DNA of 23,314 nucleotides from Amoebophrya sp. A120 (taxonomy: Eukaryota; Protista; Dinoflagellata). Positions 11,074-19,801 of this stretch are shown in pieces. The notes beneath the pieces were generated by a model. That model saw only the letters and a program-made list of their open reading frames with translations. It had not been told where the DNA came from and ran no database searches. The first letter of the stretch is position 1. Each line of letters begins with the position of its first letter. Where the stretch lies: the NCBI GenBank assembly GCA_905178155.1, contig CAJINV010000040.1:48228-71541 (forward strand), read 5' to 3'. The translations under genes were made by a program, and so were the position numbers.

Positions 11074-11730
11074 CTAGTGCGAAAGTGCAGCTGCGCCAAT
11101 GGCGTTCAATGCCTTGACCAGTTGCATTTCCTTGGACAGAATGGCCGCCCGCAGCCGGGTCTCACCTGAGTCACGGCGAGATTCCATGTCTCCCAGCAAA
11201 GCGGAAACGGTCTTGTACGACGGGTCGGCCCCAACGCGCACGTTGATCTCCCGCGAAAAGCGCAGAAAGCTCTTGTGTCCCCGGAGCTGCTTGTCAAACT
11301 CCGCAATCACAACTTTAGCAACTTCTCCGAATTCCTGCTTGGCCGACGCCACCAGTGCACCCATTGCGGAGGCACGCTTTCCTTCCAAGGCTTTGACACC
11401 CGCAACGCCAGCAGACTCATCTGAAGTAGCACCCTCAACACGGACGGAAATGACAGGCTCTGCGATGTTGGCGAAAGACGCACGGCCCAGGGCCTTGGAA
11501 ATGGTATTCCCGAGCGCGACAGATGCCTGCGACAAAGTAGATTTGTAGGCGGCATCAATTTCAGACAAAGCGGCATGCTCAGCAGACAAGCGGGTCGACT
11601 CTGCAGCGGCAATCGCGCTAGAAACCGCGGGATAGGGCGCTGAGGGAGATGCCAGGCTTAACTCCACGACCGGCTTGCCAGCTTGAACCAGCGCGGCGTA
11701 GACGCTAACTGCAGCAGCGAGCTTTGCCAT
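11074..11730 (-). CDS. Secreted three-module protein resembling antigen 41-3 (218 aa), tandem paralog of 10120-10740
   Basis: ATG at 11730 (MAKLAAAVSVYAALVQA). Aligns with the neighbour: EFGEVAKVVIAEF vs EFGALAKIVIGEL, and ESRRDSGE..ILSKEMQLVKALN vs ESSRDASE..ILDMQIQFVKALN. Motifs ASFAN and KSFLR. Confidence 0.78.
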   Translation of the reverse strand: MAKLAAAVSVYAALVQAGKPVVELSLASPSAPYPAVSSAIAAAESTRLSAEHAALSEIDAAYKSTLSQASVALGNTISKALGRASFANIAEPVISVRVEGATSDESAGVAGVKALEGKRASAMGALVASAKQEFGEVAKVVIAEFDKQLRGHKSFLRFSREINVRVGADPSYKTVSALLGDMESRRDSGETRLRAAILSKEMQLVKALNAIGAAALSH

Positions 11731-12066
11731 GTTTTTGTGCACGAAAGGAAAAAACGGGATCTTTGTATTCAAAAGTTTGCAAAGAAATACTTTTGAGATT
11801 CCAAGTGGAGTCGCTTTGCTTTTCCGTTTGGCCCGAAACTCACACGCTTGCGCGATCTTTTTTGAGCATCTAGGAGGTCTTGTCTCTCAGAATGTGTGAA
11901 CAGCACCGAAAGCCAAAAAACAGCGACTACGCAACGAAAGAGCTTGACAGCGTGCAGTTGCAGCTCTTGAATTCTCACCTTTATCAATCTGCAGCGTAGA
12001 GATAGAATTATCCAACTTCGCGACGGTTCAAGAATTTCAAATTTCTCAAAGCCTCCTGTTGTGATA

Positions 12067-12351
12067 TTATCCCAACAAATCCCGCGCGGTGGCTTCAGTC
12101 ATCTTTTCCATGCTGATCATGGACTGCAACGCACTGTTAGCCTGTGCCCGGCGACGCGCCAGCAGTGCTAAAGATGCCGCTTCAGACCGACGCATCTCAG
12201 CGCCACGACGGGCCGCAATAGCATCTGGGATGGCGCTTTCCAGTGCAACATTGATCACCTCAACAGGCCCAGCGGAGCCGTGGGTAAGAATGTCTTTGTA
12301 GCCAAAGGCACACCCGATGAGGGCGAAGAGGAGCGTCACCAGTCGCATCAT
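12067..12351 (-). CDS. Small secreted protein, single beta-strand + helix module (94 aa)
   Basis: Signal peptide MMRLVTLLFALIGCAFG; PVEVINVAL strand followed by an Ala/Arg-rich helix. Same strand and gene spacing as its neighbours. Confidence 0.7.
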   Translation of the reverse strand: MMRLVTLLFALIGCAFGYKDILTHGSAGPVEVINVALESAIPDAIAARRGAEMRRSEAASLALLARRRAQANSALQSMISMEKMTEATARDLLG

Positions 12352-12666
12352 TTTGTTATGGTTTTTGGCGGAAAAAAAACCTCCACAAGTCTTTGGTGTG
12401 TACTGATAGGACATTTATGGTGCATTGCAGCAACGAGCAATTAGAAAGGGCATCGCGCAATTGTGTGTAGTCAAGTTTTTTTGCTTCTCTGCGAAGTCAA
12501 GTTTTCTTGCTTTCTCTCAGCGAGGTAGCAGTGATGTACGCGAACACACTCAAATGTGAAAGACTTGCTCTAACTTTTCAAGGAGCTAGCTACCTAAGTG
12601 ATTCAAATTCTGCATCAGAGCCAGTCGGAAAATAAGAACATTAGGACTTCACATAGTCACAAGTGT

Positions 12667-13800
12667 CTATGCACTTGGCACTTTGGCAGAGCCGGAACCA
12701 AAGTAAGGAGACGCGATGACAGAGTCGGATCCCGTGCTGTAGATGTCAAATCCGGATCCCGCGTTTTCCAGAGCAGCGAGAGAAGCCGGCGCAACGGGGC
12801 ACTCCGCCGGCACCGGAGCAGATTCCTCAAACGTGCTGTACTGGGGCGGCAAGTTGTCACTGCGCAGATACAGAGCCATGGTGCACATAGGCGGGGCAGA
12901 GACCGTGCTGCAGGTGTCAGCGATATCTGTAATCCAGAATCCCGGGCAGGCAACCAAAGTGGCGATGCAGCTTGTGAAGCACAACGGCAACCGGCCCACC
13001 GGTGTTGGCTCATTACGCGCCGTAGGGGTGGAGCAGCGCGGGAAGATGGCACCGCACTGCATGGACATGTAGGTCTTGAAGCACAAGGAGTAGGCAGCGC
13101 TGCCAGTTTTTCCAACGCGGTCCTTGTACAACGCGGGGAAGGATGCAATAGTTCCATCTAGCTGCGCATCAGTCACATCCGCGGTCACGAAGTCTGCGGC
13201 GGTGATGGGATACAGAACGGACCCAACACAATTGTGGCCCGTGACCATGGGCATGCACGGCAGTGGCTGATTGATCCACACCGGCGGCGGGATCATTGGG
13301 GGCACAATCTGGAGGACAGTGGACATAGCGGCCTGAATGAGGCCCGCACCCGTAGCAAGGCCGTTCATGGCGAGCATCTGAGGCATTCCACCCGCAGCGC
13401 CTGCGGCACCAGACTTGCTGGCCAAATCCGCGACCATCTTGCTGACATCAAATCCAAAAAGACGAGAAACAACCCCACCTGGGAAAGCTGAGACGCCCTT
13501 GACCGCCGCCGCAGCCGGCGCGATTCCATAGTCACAGTGCGGAGTGGACGAGCTGGTCTTGTAATCCTTCAAGAAGGAGACGGCGGTGTTCAGCATGTTC
13601 AGTTGAGTCTTGTAGGACTCAACGTCAAAATCCTTGGACATTTTGTCATACACCTGCAAGAAAGCCTCCTCCAGCTCCGGCGACTTCTCCTTGAAAAGGG
13701 CGATGTACGCATCAGACCCGTCCAAGTTTTTGTTCACCATCTCCTGGTTTGTCATCAGCGCAGAGGCGCCGACGACGCAGAGAGATGCGACGCGAAACAT
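12667..13800 (-). CDS. Secreted Cys-rich protein with a Frizzled-CRD-like domain (377 aa)
   Basis: ATG at 13800 (MFRVASLCVVGASA); VSFLKD motif. The C-terminal CFKTYMSMQCGAIFPRC...LPLCFTSCIATLVACPGFW...C has Frizzled-CRD-like Cys spacing (C...FPxC...PxCxxxC...C). From memory it resembles a conserved Plasmodium secreted ookinete/crystalloid protein, possibly PSOP1 (unverified). Confidence 0.8.
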   Translation of the reverse strand: MFRVASLCVVGASALMTNQEMVNKNLDGSDAYIALFKEKSPELEEAFLQVYDKMSKDFDVESYKTQLNMLNTAVSFLKDYKTSSSTPHCDYGIAPAAAAVKGVSAFPGGVVSRLFGFDVSKMVADLASKSGAAGAAGGMPQMLAMNGLATGAGLIQAAMSTVLQIVPPMIPPPVWINQPLPCMPMVTGHNCVGSVLYPITAADFVTADVTDAQLDGTIASFPALYKDRVGKTGSAAYSLCFKTYMSMQCGAIFPRCSTPTARNEPTPVGRLPLCFTSCIATLVACPGFWITDIADTCSTVSAPPMCTMALYLRSDNLPPQYSTFEESAPVPAECPVAPASLAALENAGSGFDIYSTGSDSVIASPYFGSGSAKVPSA

Positions 13801-14083
13801 GATGTTGCTTGTAAAGGGAAAAAAAATAGACTGAAGTTGGAAGCACAATTTGGATACTTGTCTGGTCAGGTTGTTCTGCATAAATGCTCCTCTTTGCTCT
13901 GCAAAAACAAGTGCGGTTTTGAATTTAGTATCTCTGTCAGCGGCTTTTGTCTCACCTTTGAGAACACAGAAAAAAAAGTAGGCCAAGCGCCGGATTCATA
14001 GCGAAAACCGTATCAGAATTCCAAATCACGTCAGACAAGTTTCAGCCATTCACAGTGGACGTACAACGTCGTGGCTAAGTGAT

Positions 14084-14648
14084 TTACGCGCACGGAAACT
14101 GCGCACCGAGAGACTCTGCCACTGCTTGCTTCTCAATAGCCGCCAAGCCCGAAAAAGAAGCACTGGCCCCGGAACTGGACAGGCAGGCGTCCCCAGAAGG
14201 AGCCCATCCCGACGGGCAGCCGGCGTAGTTGCGCGCACAGGTAACAGCCGAAAGACTCACACCTTCCGCGACGGCTGCTGCTTGCAGAGCATCTGACAGC
14301 GTAGCTTTGATCATCATGGCAGACTCACTTGGATGCGTTGCTTTCAACGAAGCCTCCAGCCCTGGAATAGTTTATTGGGAAAAATTGCTTTTGTGCCAAG
14401 ATGTACTCAGAAAGCAGGTGATGTAAAAATCAAAAAATCTGAACTCTATCAGACCTAGAATCTATGACATTGTATTCTCTACCTGCCAATGCGGGCGAGC
14501 GCAAGAACGACGCCCGGTCTGCGATGACATTCACAACGGGAACGTCGCCCTTGTTCACATCCGTGAAAATTTCTTTGGGCAAGTCGAATGGCACAGTCGC
14601 CAGGCAAGACGCAACCCCGAACGCAAGCGCCCCGAGAAAGGATTTCAT
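14084..14648 (-). CDS. Spliced secreted protein with a degenerate CPW-WPC-like domain (147 aa)
   Basis: Exon 1 is 14648-14483 (MKSFLGALAFGVASCLA...PVVNVIADRASFLRSPALA); a phase-1 intron spans 14482-14362 (CAG|GTAGAG...TTCCAG|GG); exon 2 (14361-14084) continues in frame and ends CARNYAGCPSGW...C...EKQAVAESLGAQFPCA. This joins two ORFs from the track. Confidence 0.8.
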
Positions 14649-14773
14649 ACTGAAGCGATTTATGGAGAAAAAAGAAGCTAGAAGGGAAAGAGTACAGAGA
14701 ATAAGTGTTGTTTTTGAAGCTACCGCCGAAATGGTGTCCATTGGTGCCATTTTTGCAACGCTCGCTTTTGGTC

Positions 14774-14785
14774 ATCCCTCACGAA
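14774..14785 (-). promoter_or_regulatory. Representative copy of a candidate shared upstream element (TGAG[AG]G on the coding strand)
   Basis: The plus-strand 12-mer ATCCCTCACGAA is identical at 14774 and 15855, upstream of two unrelated genes. C[CT]CTCA occurs 96-189 nt upstream of 12 of 14 ATGs. Confidence 0.55.
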
Positions 14786-14958
14786 TGCACTATAGACACA
14801 AGGAAACCGCCCGAACACGAAGGCGAACATTGCTTCAAGAGCCATCAACAAAACATTGCTTCCAGAGCCATCATTCAGCAACCTTGATTGCCAGAACTTA
14901 GTGAACAAGTAAATTATTTCCACAATCCATCACAATGGTAATTGAGGAGGTGACCCTC

Positions 14959-15753
14959 TTAGTGATACAAAGAACCCGCAAGAGTGTCAGCCGCCATTGC
15001 TCCAGCCTTCAACTGCGCGATTTCCTCCTCAGCTCCGTAAACACGGCTTGGCGAAGGCAAGACGATGTTGGTGTGGCCGTAGGCACCAGTAGCAGAGTCG
15101 CTGGATTGGAAAGAAACCGGCATGTTGGTTAAGAATGTAATGAGCGAACCCGCCATGTCCCGTGTGGCGTCCGGGGTGCTTTCCTTCTGTGCAAGATTCT
15201 TCACCTTAAACAGGAGGGGCTGCATAGCGACGCGCGCGTTGGGAAGGGATGCAAGGTCCAACAATCCAGCGACACCATGCTGAGCGGAATAACCACCAGC
15301 GTCGACGAGGGAGCCGTAGTAGCTGATCGCATCCTTGAACACAGATCCATCCGCGCCCTCCCGCTGAAGGTCGGACAGAGGGGTCTTCAGGAACGACTTG
15401 TGAGCCATGCGCTCCAACATTTCCACCTCTCCTTGTTCCACACCACTGAGAGCAGCCGCAGCCGCAGCACGGTCACCCGCGAGAGACGCAGAAGCGGTCT
15501 CCCCAACGTGTAAGTTCAGCACGGGGCGCTGCAGAAAGCTGTATTTCTTGGACGCCGCGCCCATCACTGCCTCAACGCCAGCGTTGCGCAGAACGGGCTG
15601 AGCCAGCGCAGGCGCAACTTTCTGTGCGAAGCCCGCAGAGTCTGCACTGATTCCGGCAGAGAGTGCTTCTCCCAACTGCTCCCCCAGGGCAAAGGACGGA
15701 CGAGCAGCCTCTGCAACTGCAGCGAACGTGCAAGCCACGAACAAACGGCTCAT
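14959..15753 (-). CDS. Secreted SFL-motif protein with a helical C-terminal domain (264 aa)
   Basis: Signal peptide MSRLFVACTFAAVAEA; YSFLQR followed by PVLNLHV; KSFLKT; C-terminal RDMAGSLITFLTNMPV...GAYGHTNIVLPSPSRVY. Confidence 0.82.
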   Translation of the reverse strand: MSRLFVACTFAAVAEAARPSFALGEQLGEALSAGISADSAGFAQKVAPALAQPVLRNAGVEAVMGAASKKYSFLQRPVLNLHVGETASASLAGDRAAAAAALSGVEQGEVEMLERMAHKSFLKTPLSDLQREGADGSVFKDAISYYGSLVDAGGYSAQHGVAGLLDLASLPNARVAMQPLLFKVKNLAQKESTPDATRDMAGSLITFLTNMPVSFQSSDSATGAYGHTNIVLPSPSRVYGAEEEIAQLKAGAMAADTLAGSLYH

Positions 15754-16051
15754 TTTCTGCTCTTCAGTGAATTCTCAGTGAAAAAATTACAAGGGCTAGA
15801 CATGCAGAGAAAATTGGAAGAGTTTGAGGTTGTTTAGGATGGAGTTCAAAAAATATCCCTCACGAACGATGCTGTGCGAGTGTAATTCCCTCTTGCAATC
15901 ATGACGCTCACACCATGGAATCCGGAACACCCTTCAGTTGCGCGTGCCGTAGGTTGCTGCTCAGCCGTGTTGTATCAATAGGTGTAACTCAGGAGCACAA
16001 GATTCAATGATTTAAAGCACTGCAGCGATTAATAGCCTGCGAGTGTTACAC

Positions 16052-16774
16052 TTAGGGCGGGCTCGCAACCAGCGGACTACCCACGACCTTGCAGGTGCTG
16101 GTGACCTTCTTGGTGGCTTCCCAGATCTGATCATTGATAGACCAAATCTTGCCCATCACGTTGTATACCGGCGGGCACCACGGCGCGAAGCGCAAAACGC
16201 AGACAGAGGCGGTAAAGACGTCGAGGCACGCGCACAGGATTTTGGTGGCGACCGCTAGCACGTGAATGGGCAGGTTGACCGCTTGGTAGATTGCAAGCGT
16301 CGCGACACGGCCGAAGTTGCATCTGTTTCCCAACACCTCCACGAGCTTGCACGATTTTTCATCAAAGCAGGGGGTATCCAACATGGGCATGGCAGCAGAA
16401 AGAGTGCTACGCTCCTTGATGAAACTGCTGTGAGTCTTCTGAAACTCAGCGAGAGCCGTCGTCGGGTCTTCATGCTGGACTGCGGCCTGAAATTCTTGCA
16501 TTTTGCTGAAGGTGTCATGCATGTTGTCCTGGATGGCGGAGAGGAACGTCTTTCCTTCTTTTTGAGCCTTGCTCAGCAGCCCATCCCAGTACTGGACGCA
16601 ACTGTCGCCGCAGTCTTTCTGCAAATACTCCCGGACCTCATTCAGCTTGTCAAGCGGTACTTCAGACTGCTTCTGGGCCGGAAGGGACAGTAAGCGTTGT
16701 CCTGCCGTGGCGCGCTGGGACATGGAGAGGGCATTAGCACCCGCGACGAGGGTGAGTGGGAGAATCACCTTCAT
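16052..16774 (-). CDS. Secreted Cys-rich protein (240 aa)
   Basis: ATG at 16774 (MKVILPLTLVAGANA); CGDSC motif; SSFIKE; C-terminal domain with 8 Cys and hydrophobic helices (CFDEKSC...NRC...LCAC...C...WC...IWEATKKVTSTC). Confidence 0.82.
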   Translation of the reverse strand: MKVILPLTLVAGANALSMSQRATAGQRLLSLPAQKQSEVPLDKLNEVREYLQKDCGDSCVQYWDGLLSKAQKEGKTFLSAIQDNMHDTFSKMQEFQAAVQHEDPTTALAEFQKTHSSFIKERSTLSAAMPMLDTPCFDEKSCKLVEVLGNRCNFGRVATLAIYQAVNLPIHVLAVATKILCACLDVFTASVCVLRFAPWCPPVYNVMGKIWSINDQIWEATKKVTSTCKVVGSPLVASPP

Positions 16775-17100
16775 TGTCAAAAGAAAGTTGGTATAAAAAA
16801 AGAGCTAGATGACCACTTGAAAGGTACAAGACAGGAAATTAGCTTGCAGCTCAAGCGATGGCACTATAGCGTGAACACACATCATGGTTTGCATTTGCAT
16901 TGATCCACGAGCGTCCCTCCAGCATGTTTTTGCTCTCTCAAGTGTGCACGGCATGTACGATATCAGTCTTGGTAACTACGCGAACACAAAAAGCCACAGC
17001 AGCTGGACCAGTGGAGGAGGAGGCTGTATGACATTGCACATATGACCGCGACGTTACCAGCACGATATTGGTGTATTAAGCGGTAGCCTCATGAGCGGTT

Positions 17101-17496
17101 TTAGTGGCGCAGGCTGGCCATTCCTGAAGAGAAGGCCTGCATGTCATAAGCAGCTTGGGAAGCATCCGCGACAGACGAGGCTGCGGCAGAAACTTCTGGG
17201 CGCTTCTCAATGATATTCACTTTGGCCGGGGAGTCAGTCCTCATGGGCTGGGTCAGAAACAAGGCCTCCTTCACCATACCGGGCGAGCCCGCCCATGCTG
17301 CAGCGCCTGTCTTCAAAAACGAAGATTTGCCGACGAAGCCGGACACTTGTGAATGCATGAAGGAATCAATGCGGGCTTCCAGTGACGCAATATCTTTAGC
17401 GCTTGACGTAAGGTGAGATGCGCCAGCAACCTGAATGGACTCACCCGCACAGCAGGCGACAAAACCAGCAAAGGTGACGAAGATGGTTCTCAACAT
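17101..17496 (-). CDS. Small secreted SFL-motif protein (131 aa)
   Basis: Signal peptide MLRTIFVTFAGFVACCAG; SSFLKT; PAKVNII strand followed by an Ala-rich helix. Confidence 0.75.
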   Translation of the reverse strand: MLRTIFVTFAGFVACCAGESIQVAGASHLTSSAKDIASLEARIDSFMHSQVSGFVGKSSFLKTGAAAWAGSPGMVKEALFLTQPMRTDSPAKVNIIEKRPEVSAAASSVADASQAAYDMQAFSSGMASLRH

Positions 17497-17831
17497 TCTT
17501 GTTGAAGTGGCCTAGCAGTTATAAAAAAATATCAACAGTCACACACTGCTCTGGTAGCTGAGGCATAATGGTCGGCATCTCCAAAATTCTTGGCGTTTGT
17601 TGTTGAGATCAGTCTCCCTCCAAGCGCCTGACATTTATTTGGTCGCGACTCTCTTGAAAAACGATGAGAAACGTAGAACAACACGCGGGCGCAGATAGTC
17701 AGCGTTGAGCGCAAAAGGAGCAAGGTGCACAGACACAGCACACGCCTGGACATGTGAGGGATCATTCTAAGCGTTCACTTTCATCTTTGTTTGAAGATAG
17801 TTGGGGCGAATTCTTGCGCTGACCATGCCTT

Positions 17832-18389
17832 TTAGTACTTCACGTCGCAGAAGATTTGCGTCTCCTGCTTTTCAGCGACGCTGAGATTGGACGGCAAACC
17901 TTTGGTGCAAAAGCCGGTGTAGCCCGTCGCTGGGTTGCAGGTTCCCGCAGCTTCTAACCATCCAGCAGGGCAGGCCGCAGTCGGTCCGCTGAAACCAGAC
18001 TGCTTGGCAGCCGCAACTGAGACCTGCTCAGCGATTGTGGACAAGTCACTGCTAGACAAGCCAGTCAGCTTCAAAAAGCTCGCAGCGCCAGTGGAGTAAG
18101 GCAGACTAAACTTTCCAACGGTAGTAGGCGACGATCCCATGGCCGCCCTGACGGCAGCGGTAAATTGCTTTTCCCCAGCCGAAGATGGAGCAGCAGCAGC
18201 GAAGCCTTCAGCGCCTGCGAGCAAGTCCGATGTGATGCCTCCTAATTTTGAGTCCGACGGCATTGTGGCCGCAGTCAATCCGGTGGCACCTCCGCCGGAG
18301 AGCGAACTAATGAGCCCCGACGCCGCGGAAGCGCTATCTTTCACCCTGAGAGCGGAGACCGCTCCAAAAAAACAGAATACCAGACGCAT
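17832..18389 (-). CDS. Secreted CPW-WPC-like domain protein (185 aa)
   Basis: Signal peptide MRLVFCFFGAVSA; ASFLKL; C-terminal ACPAGWLEAAGTCNPATGYTGFC...EKQETQIFCDVKY (CPW-WPC pattern lacking the final PC). The N-terminal SASAASGLISSLSGG resembles SASAAASTLAGIMSSG in 8599-9066. Confidence 0.83.
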   Translation of the reverse strand: MRLVFCFFGAVSALRVKDSASAASGLISSLSGGGATGLTAATMPSDSKLGGITSDLLAGAEGFAAAAPSSAGEKQFTAAVRAAMGSSPTTVGKFSLPYSTGAASFLKLTGLSSSDLSTIAEQVSVAAAKQSGFSGPTAACPAGWLEAAGTCNPATGYTGFCTKGLPSNLSVAEKQETQIFCDVKY

Positions 18390-18673
18390 GTTGTGAAGCG
18401 AAACAGTCTAAAGAGCCGTGGATGAAGAAAGAGAAAGTCGTCACAAAGGTGCGCATGCTGCAGATTTGGCCATCACTCACTTCTCCCTCAGCGAGGTGGT
18501 ACACGAAGGCATTGGTTTCTTTGATCTGGTCGACAGTTCATTGAGAGCCGTAGAACACTGCGTATAACTGTACCACATCTTAACAAAGTGTCCAAGGGAA
18601 CGATAGCGCGATCAAGAAAATTTTTCACTCAGAGCCAATACATTTTGCCTAGTCCAACAAGTTGACGACTTGT

Positions 18674-19801
18674 TCAGCGCAACTGGGATTGCAAACCAGA
18701 AATTGCCTGCATCTCACCCTTGACCGCCGCAATATCTGCACCGGAAACGAAGGTCGGAGTTTCAATGTCCACGTTCAACACAGGAGCAGAGCGCGGAACT
18801 TCATCTCCGCTCAGGAAGGAACTGTGGGACATTTCAGCCTCCAAGCTGGCGAGGCGTTTGGCCGCGTACGCGAACCCGTCAGCGGTCAAGCGTGCCATGT
18901 CAACCTTCTTGCCCTTGCCCGTGGAGTCAACCATTACATGCACGGTCGGCTCCCGCGAAGGAGATGCTTTCAGAAACGAGGCGCCCAAGGCGGCGGAGCG
19001 GATCCCCTGGAACGACTTCTCAATGCTCTGCTCAAGCGACGCTTTAATGGCTTGGTACTCACTTTCCAGGACAGACGCAGGGGCACCTGTCTCAAAGTAC
19101 ACGTCGGTTTTTCCCTTCTGGAGGAACGAAACACCCGACGCCGCCTTCAGCGCGGCCAATTCTTGCGTGAAACCGGCACGAGGAACATCATAGTGGATGT
19201 CAATGACAGACGGAAGCGAAGCCTGCATGGTGGATTGAATAGCAACCGGCGGAACGAAGGGCTCCAAAAAACTTGACTTGCCCCGCACAATGTGTCCGAT
19301 TTTGGCGATCTCTGCAGAAAGCATGGCCTGCTTGAGGGACGCATCTGCGGACGCCTCAGCAGACGCCTTACTGGACTCAGTTTTGAAAATGGAGGACACT
19401 GCCGCGTCAATGGTTGCCTTGTCTTCAGCCGGCGCGTGCAGGACAAACTCATGATCAGCAGTCGGCGCGAGCGACGAATAGCCCTGAAGAAAGGAGTGAT
19501 GCGCCCCTACAATGGTGTGCACTTTGGCAATTTCAGCGTTCAACAGACGCTGCTTGTCTGCCAATCCGGCCGCTTCAAGCCCCTTTTCATGGGCTTTCTC
19601 CACCGCCATGAGGGCATCAATGTCAGCATTGGCTTCAGCAGAAGGCATGGACGGGGGCATCAAGTTCAAGGTGTAGGGAGTCGCATCCGCGACTTTGCCG
19701 GCGATTCCCGACGCCACGCCCGGCGGGACCATCTCCAGCGGGTCGGGGAACATGCGCGATCCATGAGCGCAGAGCGAGGTCGCTGCGATGACGCGAAGCA
19801 T
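18674..19801 (-). CDS. Secreted polyprotein-like protein: six modules separated by five SFL motifs (375 aa)
   Basis: Likely ATG at 19801 (AAAAAAC-ATG, MLRVIAATSLCAHG). Motifs HSFLQ, SSFLE, VSFLQ, ASFLK, SSFLS. Internal repeat KQRLLNAEIAKVHTIV / KQAMLSAEIAKIGHIV. Confidence 0.85.
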   Translation of the reverse strand: MLRVIAATSLCAHGSRMFPDPLEMVPPGVASGIAGKVADATPYTLNLMPPSMPSAEANADIDALMAVEKAHEKGLEAAGLADKQRLLNAEIAKVHTIVGAHHSFLQGYSSLAPTADHEFVLHAPAEDKATIDAAVSSIFKTESSKASAEASADASLKQAMLSAEIAKIGHIVRGKSSFLEPFVPPVAIQSTMQASLPSVIDIHYDVPRAGFTQELAALKAASGVSFLQKGKTDVYFETGAPASVLESEYQAIKASLEQSIEKSFQGIRSAALGASFLKASPSREPTVHVMVDSTGKGKKVDMARLTADGFAYAAKRLASLEAEMSHSSFLSGDEVPRSAPVLNVDIETPTFVSGADIAAVKGEMQAISGLQSQLR

